Origin: Cirrosporium novae-zelandiae
Taxonomy: Eukaryota
DNA: 64,000 nt
Direction: 5' to 3'
Assembly (NCBI GenBank): GCA_026023565.1
Contig: JAPETS010000057.1
Location: forward strand, 1-64,000
Position 1 is the stretch's first letter. The number at the start of each line of letters is the position of its first letter. Below the pieces are notes generated by a model that was not told where the DNA came from, searched no databases, and was given only the letters and a program-made list of their open reading frames with translations. The position numbers and the translations under genes were made by a program. This document shows positions 24,047-37,100 of the stretch, piece after piece.

Positions 24047-24927
24047 TCAAAATTCTCCACCAGGTATAAGTTCGTAGCCTCCCTCTGAAGGCAGCAACAT
24101 GGCCGCACCACCGACTACGAGGGCAGACAAGACTAGGACGCTCCATGAAACGGTGTCGAGGATCCAGCTCACATCGAGCTTCCAGCCCACGAAGAAACGG
24201 TCATCATTATCGTATAGATATGCCTACATATTTTTGCGTCAGTCGAAAAAGCCTATCCTGCGAACGCACAACACCTAGAAGGCCATATGAGGTACTCACC
24301 ACAATCGCCATGGCGGCACAAAGGATGGCTCCACCAAGTCCCAAAAGTACGACCAGTATCTTCCAGCCGGTTTCTCTTTTTTGTTTTCCGCCAGCCAAAA
24401 TGACGATATATGCGATTAGGGTCATGCCTTCTATGACAACGGCAAAGGACATTAGGAAACCAACACTACGCCACATGGAGCAGAAATAACGATCCGGGCC
24501 ATGGCAGTCTTCATATTGAGGGAAGTAGGAACAGCTTTTCGTGATGGAGGAACAGCGACGATGTAGGCCATAGGAATAGCGAATGTGGGTACCGGAGGAC
24601 TGGATTAAAGAAAAGAGAGTATATCAGCTTCCTAATTCTTAATATTGGAGAAGATACTGAAGATGTGAGATTACAAGGTGGCGATTTAATAGTAGATTTA
24701 AGAATGCCATTTTTCTTCATTGCACGGTAAATGAGAATGATACTCACAGTGTCAGTCTCAAAACTTATCCAATGAGGCAGTATAATAGCGGAGATGGTCA
24801 TGGCCATCGCTATTCCGCAGCGTCAGCTCCATGTAAGAAATAGCTTTTTTTTGTAGAATGGAATAGCTGTTGCCTTACCAGCTAACACTGCCACCAGGGT
24901 AGAGACGTAAACGATTTTCCTCGTCAT
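24047..24927 (-). CDS. Four-transmembrane claudin/PMP22-like fungal membrane protein (4 exons, ~195 aa)
   Basis: Exons 24927-24879, 24809-24748, 24599-24300 and 24223-24047 splice in frame. W...YGLHRRC..C extracellular loop, FCSMWRSVGFLMSF, GGKQKRETGW, GWKLD.SW and a C-terminal GGYELIP. Confidence 0.8.
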
Positions 24928-25781
24928 ATTGCTTTTCCAAATGAAATCCCCCTCTTTGTTAGATACCTAAGGAGATGCAAGTTTTGCGATTGCTGATATC
25001 CAGCGTGGATTGTTGGGAGGGGACTTCTTTGTAAAGTTGTAGTGGTGGAGAGGGATTTTGCAGGACCAGGTATCGGTGCTATCCGGATTGGTGTGGTGAT
25101 GCGGCGAAATGCGCAGGGGGGCAAATGAGAGAGCCAGGATAACGAGTCGGTGAGGTATCGAGTAAGACCAAGTGGGTGAGAGAAACAATGGTTTGTGGGA
25201 AGGGAGGGATGCTTTGTGACCGTGTGACTGTCTGATAATGAGATTTCCCGTCCGTGGAGTGATCTACCATCTACCAACTCTATCAATTAGAACTATTACA
25301 GTAAGGAGCTCAACAAGGGTCCGTTGGTTACTTCCAAGGCACAGACGAAGCTGCTTTCTAGAAACTCTTCTCTCGCTTCCTTGATAAATCGTTGGAATTG
25401 GTCGGAACGTTCCTATCCAAGTTCCAACCTATGATTTTTTTTTATTACCATAGTATATCATGCATTAACCTAGAAGAATGATTTGATAGTTCCTTGGGGG
25501 GTGGTGGGGAAGTGGGATCCCGGAAGAGGTTACTTTACTTAGCGGTGTAGAAGTTGAGGATCACCACCAAAATGACCAGCCTAAGCGATCATCTAATGAC
25601 TCCAAGTAAACTTGAGCTTTTTAGTTCAGCCTTCGATATCGCCCTAAAAACTTTGAGATTATCTCCGCCGCGCGGGGGATTAAAGTTTCCGCTCCGGAGT
25701 TTGTAACTAGAAACGAAAACGGCCAACTCATCTTTCGCACACACCCTCCCTTCATTCCTGTATACCAAAGCATCCATTCCA

Positions 25782-26295
25782 ATGGATCCCGATACCCCGT
25801 CACTGGAGGCAACGCCTTCCCCTTTCAACTACATACTGTCCTTCATTCTCGTCGGATTGGCCTGGGGCTTTACTACCCCCTTCATTCGTCGCGCTGCTAT
25901 CCACCACCATCCTCCAGAGCATGCATCTGTCAATTCGCCTTCTCGTGGTCGGATAAGCAAGAAGATATCAAAGGCTTTCTGGACCGTGGTGGATTTGCTG
26001 AGAAATCCGCGATATGCTCTACCCTTGGTCTTAAACCTAACCGGGAGTGTCTGGTTCTTCTTGCTTGTTGGGAAAGCCGGTAGGCTATCGGCGCCCGTGC
26101 GTTGCATGTAATGACGCTGACGGTTTCGGTCTAGAACTGAGCTTGACTGTACCAATCACCAACTCATTAGCTTTCCTATTTACCGTCCTCGGCGAGTGGT
26201 TCGTCGAGGGCAAGGTTATCGGGAAAGAGACGTGGCTAGGTATGGGGTTGGTCCTTGGGGGCATAGCGATTTGTGTACAGTCAAAAAACCATTGA
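25782..26295 (+). CDS. TMEM234-family small membrane protein, DMT/EamA-like (2 exons, ~152 aa)
   Basis: LVGLAWGFTTPFIRRA, NPRYALPLVLNLTGSVWF, ELSLTVPITNSLAFLFT, LGMGLVLGG. Intron 26080-26134 (GTAGGC, GCTGAC, TAG). Confidence 0.88.
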
Positions 26296-26356
26296 AAATC
26301 TACATGGGGCGGGTCTCTAGAAGCTGGTCATGAATATAGAGGTGTATATACATGTT

Positions 26357-27446
26357 TCAATGCGCAGCATTTCTCTCCGCCAGATTTAAGATCTGCTCCT
26401 TCTTGCCCTTATCAACTTCGTCGTACAGTTTCGAGAACCCTTGCGTCGGCGGCTGCAGCCAATTCTTTTCATCATACTCTCTATTCCCTTCAATCATATG
26501 AAAAGTGTATATGAACCGGCTCTTCCCGCTCAGATTCTTCTCGCTTTTATGCAACAGATTTCCATGTATCAGAACTAGCGAGCCCGCTCTAACTTCTCCA
26601 AGGGTATATTCATTATCACCTCTAGTCTCTTCAACCCCGTCCCCTTCCGGGCCATTAGGAAACATTCCTGGTTCTAGTTTCTCAAAGTCCGTCCCGCCTT
26701 CCTTGGCCCTCACGAATCTCTTCCTTATCGCCGCCGTCTTGTGGCTACCCTTCAAGAAACTCAAGCATCCGTTTTCCTTGGTCGCATCTTCAAGAGCAAT
26801 CCAGAATCCCATTGCGCTAGGTGGATTTGTGTATAAAAATACAGAGTCTTGGTGTGGCGGGACAGCGCCCCCGATCTCGGGTTGTTTGCAGATCACCATG
26901 CTTTGGAGCACCCGGGGATCTTGAAAGCCGACGTCGCGGGCAATAGAGGCGTGAAGAGGCGTGAAAGTAGCTGCGTGAAAGGGAGGAGAGAGATGATGGA
27001 GATAGTGACCGATCTTATTGATAGCGCGAGACTTTGGTTTTGCAAGATTCCCAGCGCTGTCAAATGCATCTACAACAAACTATGAGATTAATTTAGGCTC
27101 ATAAGGGAGATGAACTTTAGCTGTACAGTCAAAGGTGAGAAAAGTATATGCTAGTACCTTCTTCGAAGAAGAATCGGATCTTGTCTCCGCTTGTCAAGAA
27201 ATAGTCATCTCCCACATGTTTACTGTTCCCTTCTCCGGTAGAAAATTTGGTCATAGGATGATCACCGAGAGAAAAGCCTTCTAGCATTCGATTTGTCTCA
27301 CTAAGTAGCTCCGATAACGTAGTAGAGTCAAGTACATCGGGGATGACGAGATAGCCATTTTCATTATAGAACTCTAGTTGCTCTTTACTGAGACCTGCGT
27401 TGCACGTTGGCTTGCCCGGCGGTGAAGATACTATTGATGGAGACAT
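26357..27446 (-). CDS. Phytanoyl-CoA dioxygenase family Fe(II)/2-oxoglutarate enzyme, PHYHD1-like (2 exons, ~333 aa)
   Basis: FYNENGYLVI, YFLTSGDKIRFFFEE|DAFD, INKIGH.LH, QSMVICKQP.IGGAVPPHQD (HxD), WIALEDA..ENGCL and LIHG.LLHKS..N.S..SR. Intron 27157-27070. Confidence 0.92.
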
Positions 27447-28059
27447 TAAAAAAGTAATTTCGATTTGATGGTACTGAATTAGGCGGATGATATTGGAAAA
27501 ATGGTGGGGAGCTTCAAAGGATTGTAGCGGCGTCAACCAACCGCGGGGCTAGTTTTATCTAACAGGTAAAATCTACCACAGAATGATGTAGTCTAAAGCT
27601 AAAGGGCCAAACCAAAAGCGACAGTAGCTTCATTATCCCCTCCATGCTCTTATACAAATATCCCATACCTATATCCCATACCTACATATAACTCATAATA
27701 ATTTCCTTTACTCCTATCCTACAATTAACAGATATCACTCTTTTGAATTAGCGTAACTAATATACAATATTAGCATACTGAAGTTATGAGCAATAAGCCC
27801 ATACAGTCACCAGGGTTCATACCTTCATTTTCGTGAAACTTCACGGTGAAAGGATATGCTTGAAACGACGTTGGATTGGGATTCAAATGAGATATCGTTC
27901 TGATATACAAAATTGAAGGGTTAAAGGGGTTTTGCGATAGACAGCGCCACATGAGAAAATCTCTTCGTCCAATGGTAGTGGTCCCTGGATCCAGGTTGCT
28001 TGCGCTGACTCGCAAACCTTCTGGAGAGAGAGTTTAGCATGAAATAGTTCAAATCTCGT

Positions 28060-29670
28060 TCATTCCATTTCCGTCGTCAACATATCTAGCATCCCCTGCA
28101 TCTGCCAGGCTAGTTGAGACCGTAAAACTTCTTCAGTAACCCTTCTGTGCAAATTCTTGACCAGCTTATCAACGTTCGCCGATTGGCCCATTTGCTCGCT
28201 ATAGAGGTCAAGAATTAGCGTCACAGCATCGACACTAATGCTCACGTATCGAGGATCAACAAGATGTTTGTGAATCCACCTTAGAATCGGCTGCAAAGTA
28301 ATCTCGTCACGACCCTTTAGGGCCGTAGCTAGGGCTGAACGGTGTTTCAGCGCTGTCAGAAGAGTTAAGACATCAAGCGAAGCGCCCTGAGTGGAACGTT
28401 CCAATGCTTTGTCCAAAGCCGAAGCATATTTTCCTTTCCGTAAGTCTCCTTCCCATGGAGCATGAGTTTTGCGTTCTCGTTTTTCGTTTTGAATCAGAAT
28501 GTCCCCCTCGTCTCCTGGAAACTTGATGCCCCGAAGTCGCTTCTCAATCCCTTTCGGCCTCTTCTTCTCTTTTTTCCTGTCGTGCTCTTCTATCCTTCCT
28601 TCTATCAGAGCCTTCATTTCCTTTTCCTTAGCTCGTTCTTTGACCTTTTGCTGTCCAGATAATCTTGTCCTAATTGAAAGTAGTCCTGACTGCATTCCAA
28701 CTGCCAAATGCCGATCCTCTCTGTCGGTACCTGAACAAATAACACTTACAGCGAGAATAGGGGACTGGTATTTAACGCCAGCAGTGACTTGCCAGGATGT
28801 AGTATCAAACATTTTGACGTGACCATCAAGACCTCCACTAACAACTACACGGCCCTTCGAAGCTAGCGCAAGCGAAGTGACAGTCTTCTGATGATTCCTG
28901 ATGATTTCGATGGGCCGACCAGCAACAATGTCAAGGACAGAAATTTCGTTATCTGCAGCAGCTAATATCGTGGTACCAGATGGGAGAGGTAAGACATCTT
29001 CAACTGCCGCGGAATGTTTGAATGTCATAACTGCTTGGCCAGGTACCCTTTGGTCCCATAGCTTCACGGTTTGATCGTAGCTCCCGGAAACCAAGAGGCC
29101 TGAAGCCTGTCCAGGCATAAATGACCCTGTCCGAACATAATCTTGATGCCCTGTAAATGTTGCCGTGCTTTCCTGGGTTGGTAAATCCCATAACCGTACA
29201 GTTCTATCATCGCTAGCACTCATGACCACAGTCGATTCTCGAGGGGAAAACTTGGTCACCCAGACAGGTTGCTTATGTTCATGCCATGTTCGTAAGATAG
29301 CCCTCGAATTAATATCAAACACTTGAATCTTCCCCGTATCATCACCTGCGACCAAAACCCGACCATCATATCGAATATCTCCACTATGAGCCACATCGTC
29401 GAATCGATTGATTATTTTAACTAGCCGACGAGTCCGAATAGAAAAGATTTGAACCCGAGTGCCTGTAGTCGCAGCGAAATAATCGGAAGATGAGGTGGAG
29501 GCGGGGTTTAGAGGAGCTGGGGGAAAAGAAATGTGGGTGATGGAATGGTTTGCGGGAGCTGGTACGAGGGTTTGAGATTTGAAGCTGCGCCAGTACTTTT
29601 GCTCTGGTGTCAATGAAACAGGTCCAGCAGCCAGCTTCACAGGCTGTAGGTTAGCGACAGGAGCAGCCAT
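28060..29670 (-). CDS. UTP15: U3 snoRNP / SSU processome WD40 protein Utp15
   Basis: N-terminal TPEQKYWRSFK, WD40 repeats (SASDDRTVRLWD, HQDYVR, SGSYDQTVKLWD, HQKTVTSL) and a C-terminal LRKGKYA.ALD...L.HRSAL..AL.GRDE domain. Single 536-aa ORF. Confidence 0.93.
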   Translation of the reverse strand: MAAPVANLQPVKLAAGPVSLTPEQKYWRSFKSQTLVPAPANHSITHISFPPAPLNPASTSSSDYFAATTGTRVQIFSIRTRRLVKIINRFDDVAHSGDIRYDGRVLVAGDDTGKIQVFDINSRAILRTWHEHKQPVWVTKFSPRESTVVMSASDDRTVRLWDLPTQESTATFTGHQDYVRTGSFMPGQASGLLVSGSYDQTVKLWDQRVPGQAVMTFKHSAAVEDVLPLPSGTTILAAADNEISVLDIVAGRPIEIIRNHQKTVTSLALASKGRVVVSGGLDGHVKMFDTTSWQVTAGVKYQSPILAVSVICSGTDREDRHLAVGMQSGLLSIRTRLSGQQKVKERAKEKEMKALIEGRIEEHDRKKEKKRPKGIEKRLRGIKFPGDEGDILIQNEKRERKTHAPWEGDLRKGKYASALDKALERSTQGASLDVLTLLTALKHRSALATALKGRDEITLQPILRWIHKHLVDPRYVSISVDAVTLILDLYSEQMGQSANVDKLVKNLHRRVTEEVLRSQLAWQMQGMLDMLTTEME

Positions 29671-30316
29671 ACTGCAAGGATTTTGAATTTAGGGAAATAA
29701 AAATCGACTGTTGAGTGAGTGACTGCTGGACGACCTGCAACAGCTCTAATTGCGCGGGAAATTTTCTAGAGTGGAGGACAGGGTGTCGGTGTTACCGGGG
29801 TCAAGTACGCCGGATATGAGCTAGCCCCAAATCCGGGTTAGTCTGGTAAATAAGCTAAAAGCTCTATTTACTATTTACTCTTCTTCCATGTATGTTCTCC
29901 TGCTTTATGGTATATCTATATCGCTAATATTATCACCTTGTCTCGTATGTGACAAAGATTGAAACAGTTTCAAAAGAGATTACTTATACATGTGTTGCAG
30001 CAGTTGACCTTGGCCTATGATGTGATACTGACGTTAATTTGCTCTGCTTTAATTTACTTAGCACACCGTGACTGAACATCACTTTGTATCTAATTTCAGA
30101 ATATTCACTTGCTCCAACGTATAAATTTCCCCCTTCTGCCAACTCATTCTCTCAACCACATTGTATTGTTATCCCTGGTGGAAAACAAGAGTCTGTCATC
30201 ACAAGAACAGTTTAAGTGTCACGTGAGTAAAAGACCAGAAGATACCTAAGTACTCAATTGTCAGATTCCCTTCCCATCTACATCCTACTTGAACTCTGAC
30301 CCGAGGAGCAGTCAAG

Positions 30317-30721
30317 ATGAAACTTGAATTCCTCTTCACTCCTTTATATATTGTCATGACTATCTTCAGCTTCTCTGTCTGGGTCCGTGGCGACCCAACA
30401 TCTTGTCCCCACACTTATCGCTTCCAACCGAAATTCACCCACGGTCCCACATCCACCTACTTCTCCACCACAGCTACGGTGACCGTCTCCGTGGAGTGCG
30501 GTGACTGTGATAAACTGGTCGTGAAGAAGTTGGGTGGCCTGGGTCCTATGGTGCATTATACTACCACTGTCACAACTGACACCGCAACAACTGTTTCGCA
30601 ATACGTTTGTGCTAAGACCGGTCAAGCGAGCGTTGAGAATAAGGAGCGGATTGTGAAAAACAGTGATTGGATGACTGGGGAAGTGAAGGCTATGGGGAAT
30701 GCAGGCGTTTACGTATCATAA
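30317..30721 (+). CDS. Small secreted Thr-rich protein with 4 Cys (134 aa)
   Basis: Hydrophobic N-terminal signal peptide ending near VRG/DP, followed by C...GPT.T..T.T.T.SVECGDC..L...GLGP...TTT....YVC. Confidence 0.65.
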   Translation: MKLEFLFTPLYIVMTIFSFSVWVRGDPTSCPHTYRFQPKFTHGPTSTYFSTTATVTVSVECGDCDKLVVKKLGGLGPMVHYTTTVTTDTATTVSQYVCAKTGQASVENKERIVKNSDWMTGEVKAMGNAGVYVS

Positions 30722-31350
30722 TCGTGCTATCTTACTTTGACATCGCCTAAGAATTCATCTCGAAAATTGGGGCTATAGTTCAAGGAAAGAGATTGATTTA
30801 GCACATACGATTAGTTTGACATACTTCACAAAAATATCCTGTCTACCTACTTGTACTACGAAAATGTGTACTCCACTAATCATCTGACATTGATCCGTTA
30901 CCGAGGGGAATTTGTCACTAAAATCTTAGAATATTAAATTTCTCCAGATACGCCAGGTATTATGCAAATAATGTTTTGAAATATGGGCTTGGATATACGA
31001 TAGCTATCATCTCTGTTGTGCAAATAACTTCCAGGTTCATTGCCACATAATATACATTAAAGACGTTTAGTCAAACGTTTCGGGTATCCTGCCCTAATTT
31101 TCAGAACTCCCCGAGCTCATGAGGGAAAGAAATAATCTAAACATTCCCAAAACTCCTTTCCTTTATACGTACCTGAATGATAGATCCAATTCCCCCTTTC
31201 ATTTCCTGTTCGTTTTTGCTTCAAACCACAAAGCCTCAAAGGCTGTAAAACCAGACCCAAATGGCGCATGTGAGAAGCTCGTGGTCCATTTTATGCCCTG
31301 CGTGTTGTCCCAACACTAGATATTTCTATTTTCTACCCAAGACGTAGGAT

Positions 31351-34183
31351 TCAGGAAGGACCAAATCTTATCCGTCTTACCCTGCCGCTATTTCCAATGT
31401 CGATCCTTTGCATTTCCATGCTTAAAGCACTCATATCCCCTGAGTTTTGCATGCCCATATCCATAGGCACTTTTTCCGGTATAGGAGGGCCACTGCGAAC
31501 TCCATCCCGTCCGTATGATGGGCTAGCATCATACCCATAATTTCCATGTTCGCGCAGAGGATATTCTGAAACAGAGGCCCTTTGAAGGGATTGTGGGGGT
31601 GTACGTGCCATATTGTTGAGCGTGGGAAGATTGGGGTTAGACGCTGGTTGTAGTGGCTGGACTGGAGGAGCGGAGTTACGATTGGGCTTTTGGAGACGAT
31701 TACGGCTCATACGGACTGTGGGGGTGACCATTGAAGTGGATGTAGGCATTTGTGCTGTTGGGGAATGGGAATGAGCATACATGGGAGTTATAACCATGGA
31801 GTGCGGCCGAGAATTTGAGTCTCTAGGAGGCCTGCGACCGGACGGAGGCATAGGTTGTGCACCCTGAGGTGAAGGACGAGAACGGATGACAAATTCCGGC
31901 TTCTTCTGTGGTGACTTTCTCTCGGGTTCAGGGGCCCAGGTCTCAGTAGGTAGATGGTCCGAAGGATCAATAACACGACCATCGTTACCTATGATGGGAC
32001 CATCATCGTGTACAGGCTCTGGGCCGGCCGGACTCTCATAAGGTCGGTTTTGGGATTGAAACATTGTGCCGGAACCAACATTTGGATTGAGCTCATCATA
32101 TGAGTCGGGAGAAAATGGAATACCAGATAATCGACGTTCCCCTTGTTGCGGCGCGGGCCGAGGGGCCGGGCTGATAGACTTTCTATGAGTAGCTCGGTCG
32201 ATAGGGTTTCGCTCAGGGGTTATGGTTGGTACAGGGCTCACCGCTCGTGGGTCTACCATAGCTGTAGAAGAGCGGTAGTCACGTGGTTCTTCCATGCTGC
32301 GAGGAGATGCACTGTACCGAGGAACTGGAGCCTGAGGCTGGTAATTGTGAGGTTGGTTCTCATATCTTGGATCTTGGTAGCTAGGGACTATGTCAGGATG
32401 GGTTGAAAACCGTGCGCTCATCCTTTTCTCGTGGGCCATTCTGGCTGCTTCTTCTTCCGCAATTCTCGGATCATAGCCTGCTACTAAACTAACCGGTATC
32501 AACTGCCCACTATGTCTTCGGTCATCATCTTGGTTCTCCCATTGATCCTGGTGGCTATATGAAGTATGTGTAGACACAGATGGAGCGGAAGTGGAAGCAT
32601 AATCAGTCGGAGAAGATATAGTTGAACTTCGTTCCCGCAAAGATCCCGAGACATCTGATTGACTTGTACTATAATGGTTCATTGGTACCAGCCCCATGCT
32701 ATCGTCTTGAGTAAGCGGCGAAGGTGCTTGGACGGGAGGCTCTGGCTCGTAGGGCTCGGCGGTGGGAGATACATAAGTCTGAGCCTGAACAGTCGACCGG
32801 TGAGCTGGTGGTGGAGGAGGAGCTTCATGAGTCCGTGCTATGGGTTGACATAGGTCCTGCCTGCTGTAGGAACCAGAGTGAGTGGAATATATCGGTGGAT
32901 TTTCCTGGTATTGGTCTTCCTGGGGCGGTAGTGACTCATATGAATGTTGTGCTATCTCTTGACGGCTAGAATAGAAGTCATTTGTTGCCTGGTGCTGGTT
33001 CACATTAGGTGCCGACCTAGGTTCAGGGGGCCCAGGCTCTGGATAATGCCCATGAGAATGAGAGGTAAACCCGCGACTCTGCTCAGCCTGAGAAGTAGGG
33101 GGAGTGATGGCAGCACTATATCGGTGATGTTCAAGTGGTAGCGACTGACGGTGTTCATGACTAATTGGGGCTGATTGGGACCAGTCTGGTGCATACCCTT
33201 GGACAGGCTCCATAGAATCTCCATATTCTTCGGCGCCATAACCATCAGGTTGACTAGGCGGTGGTCCGGAAGGCTCAGGTTGGTGCATTCGAGACTCTAG
33301 TCCCTTTGGAGGCGAATCTCTATACTGAGGGTATTTCTGCACGGGAGGCGGATAATTGGACGCATGGGCGTAACGCGAGTGTGAATGTAATACATTAGCA
33401 GCAGGCAAGCTCTCACCACGGGGGCGAGTAGCCAAGTCTGGGCGATACTCTGTGGGATAATCATATCCTCTCGGACCAGTGATGTAAGATGATGACGGCT
33501 CAGTATTGATGGAAGGGTGCCCTCGATGTCGGGTCATCGCTGTCGGGTCCTGTGGCAGTGGTCTTCTCTTGACTTGTTTAAGCTGCCTTGGCCCCCCAAG
33601 ACTTTCCCGTGATTCGACCTCGTAACCAACCCGTTCGTTTGCTCTTCTCTCAACCACAACGTCATCTCTCGGTCGTGTATCATAATATGTCAACTCAATC
33701 CGGATCTCTCCAGAATACCGTCCTTTACAATGTAGACTATGCCACAAATCGTTTTGCCCTCCTCCAGGTGTAAGAACTGGTTCAAGGTCAACCCAAGTTT
33801 CTCCAATAAGATCGGTTTTTTTGTCGTCATTAAAGACAGAAACCTTCAATCGATGATAATCTGGAGAGTCATGAACAGTGAATCGTAACTCTTGGTCCCT
33901 AAGCTTTAAATCAGATTACGTTATTTAGGATTTCAGATGATCGAGCATACCATTTCGGAGTCTGTCCTCCTCTCTTGTCCGTTTCTGTCTTTTTGGCTTC
34001 CTTGCCTAGTCTTGCAGCACAATATGGATCTTGTTTGCCCATAGATTTTCTGTTTGGGAGGTGCCTGGCTTTATCGATGACGACGACCAAGGTGCCAATG
34101 ATTGGTCCATCAACAGTCATGTCCGCATAAATCCCAGAGGTATGGGCGCTGCCAACGACAGCTTTGGCCGATTTCGACGGCAT
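31351..34183 (-). CDS. INN1: C2-domain cytokinesis ingression protein Inn1/Fic1 (2 exons, ~926 aa)
   Basis: N-terminal C2 domain: GTLVVVIDKARHLPNRKSMGKQDPYC..RLGKE..KT.TDKRGGQTPKW|DQELRF. Long Pro-rich tail with DPSDHLP..TWAPEPE and PPIP.K. Intron 33950-33899. Confidence 0.85.
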
Positions 34184-37100
34184 TGTGTTGGTTATTTGAA
34201 TGATGAGAGATTATAAAAAGATGAACATTAAAGTTGAGCGAAAGGGCCAATTGGAAGTGACACCTGGTCGTCGCTAGGAATAAGGATGAAAAGAATGATT
34301 GTATGTAGTTGATTGGTAACTTCTTGATGGTGTGTGGAGGTGAAGCTCTCTCTTTCTTTCCCTCTTTCTTTTTCTTTTTCTGTCTCTCTCTCTCTCTCTT
34401 TCGCGAAGTGTAATGTATGGTATGTGGGCAGTCAATGCCAATGAAATGACTAGTGGTGACAGCTTCCCTTGTAGTTTGGAATGTGGTATATGCAACTATG
34501 ACATTGGGGAAAGAATGCTAATTGTCCAGGGTTGAGACAGACGACTCGAGAGGGAAGAAAAGCGAAAAGCTAGAGAGTCGTGGGAGGTTAGTTAGTAGAT
34601 CAATGCATATTGTGATGGAGTCTTGCCAATTGACTACTTAGTAGTAGTGGGTAGTAAGTGGTAGTGGTAGTAGTCTTTTGCCCATCTCATATTCCAAAGT
34701 GGCTGGGTGCTGGGGTAGCCGAGAATTGTCTAAGTTCTGGGTGGCTGGGCGTGGGGGGGGGAAGGACCTTGGAACATTGGGCGCGCCAAAAGGTCCTTGG
34801 GGTGTTATGTGTACGCGAATAGAATAGCACGAATAATTCAAAACAACGGACAACGGGGACAAATAAAATATCTCTCAGGAAATTCAGGAAATGAAATGTC
34901 TTAGAAATTTACTCCGCAATTGTTGTTGCATTGATATAATAATTTCTAACTATTGGTTTAATTGTTTTGTTCCTGACCTACTGTTTTTGTGAGGCTGATT
35001 TTAGTCTTTGGACGGGGGAAGCAAGACATGCAAGGGCTCGACTAAGGAAATGTTTTCCCTCTTGTCTTATTAATTAACTACTAAGTATTCGAATACCAAT
35101 GACCAATGCTAATTACCTACCTAGACTAGGTAATTAACTACCCAAGGCAGATGGGCGGGTTGTATTATAGTAGTAGTAATCAAGATACGGATGCAGATCA
35201 GCCCAAATAATTACTGTAATTGTGTTTTGACGCAATACTCTAAACATGGTGATCTGATCGACACAGGGGGTTTCGCAGATATAAATAGAGTAAACAGCCA
35301 TGGACACTGTTAGTATATGTAGATCTACTTTTATTCAACAGTAAATATTACTCCCTTTTCCTCTCCTTTCTCCATTTCCTCCCTTTTCATCCAGCAACCG
35401 GTTACTGGCAGCATTCCATGGCTTTTATTCTCCGATTATGCTCGTGGTCGTTTCATCCAATCTTGTGGGATTGCCTTCTGGCTGTAGAATACCCCGGTAC
35501 ATATCGTCCTGTCACTCGATGATTGCCAGCTTAAATCCCTTCCAAATGTTTGCCCTGGGACCTATTAAACTCCCTCCCCACGGTTTTCTGTCGCTAGCCT
35601 GGCTGTCTGGTAACAATCGTCCAATTCAAACCCCATAACCATTTTCTCGCTTTCTAACAGGTTCTCATAACCGCTAATTCGACCCGATTGTCGCCACCGA
35701 GGTTTGATCCGTGTCTCCATTCAAGCCATCGGCTTCTGTATTAGGCAATCGGTAAAATTCAATCATGTCTAAAAGATTTGTTGAACCCAAGTCATCTTGT
35801 GCTTGCACTTGCATTAATATTATCATCATATTGGAATTGACAGCACCCGTTTTGAGGCACAACCCCCCTAAATATCTTCCCTGCAACATCCTAGCCTGGA
35901 TAAATTGTAAATGACCTGGTATAGTTGGTGCTCTCTGCTGTATACTCGGAATATTGATTGTTGGAACAGCGTGGGCACAGGTTCGGGGAGAACGGGATGA
36001 AATGAAGTAGAGTAAGATAAGATGGTTCCATGCGGGCACCAGCAAGTATACAAAGCCGGGATATTGTTGGAGAGGCACCCTGATGTTCATCCGAAGTTTC
36101 TATGGAGTGTATTAAACAATCCGAGAGGTCCTGAAACAGCCTTTGGCAACATAGGTGACATCTCGCTTCATTACTCATCCCTTCTTTCGGCGGCATTGAT
36201 GTGCATTATCTGCGTCGATCTAGATTTCGGGCGCCCTGGGATTCTGGGGGTGAAGCATTAGTTAAACAATAAGCAGCAGGAGCATTCATGTGTACAACCT
36301 CGACCTGGCGTCCACGAAAGTCTTGTGGAACAGGGATTTTCCCTCGCCCTACGAGATCTGAAACTTCGGACGAGAGATGTTTAGTTCGATTTGTCCTTTA
36401 AAGGCTTTGAGGCTTTACATCTGCTTTCCATTTCGGAGAATTCCACATGTTCATGTAGCGCTAGGTGCTTCTTTCCATCAGTTATTTCGGGTAGAGACTC
36501 AATTGCTGGCCAATTGTTGTTGCCATCTCTGCCAGCCATTTCCCCTTTGGTCAACACGGGCAATTTGTAAAGCTGGAGAGGACTAGAAAAGTCCCGAAAT
36601 CTGAGTGGGCTTCAACCGTTTGGCTTGGTGGTACAGGACAAGACGCATGCTTGCATTACGTGAGACGCGCGTGGAGGAAGACACAAAGACACAGATATCA
36701 TCAGATGGAACAAAACTCGGCAGCTATCTCTTCTGCAGGTCCCCGATGAGTTAAGTTACCTTGACCTCTAAACAGCCAAAGAAACCAAAGAAACTCACAG
36801 TCTATCTAGTACACATGGTTGATCGCTGTTTTTTCGAGAGGGTTCCGATGAATGGCCGCCCGGTTCTGCTGTCAAGGGGCTTGGTTATCGATGCAGAAAG
36901 TCGGTGTCGCGAGCAGCGATGACTGTTGGGGTGAAGTGTGATTTTCAAGCCAACTCCCAACTGCCAGCAATGAAGGATTTTCTCCATTACTACTTGCCTA
37001 TCTCATGGTTTGCTATATCCTGGACATCTGGTAAGTGAGGTAAGGAAGGCTCGTCAACCAGCAAGTCAGCCAGACAATGTTGAGGGACAAGACATCTAGC

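Noticed and set aside
27770..28050. Extra UTP15 3' exon after an acceptor-like CTCTCTCCAG
   Set aside because: No suitable donor nearby, and UTP15 already ends at a normal C-terminus.
29758..29765. RRPE-like GAAATTTT upstream of UTP15
   Set aside because: Plausible, but a short AT-rich partial match cannot be supported without conservation data.
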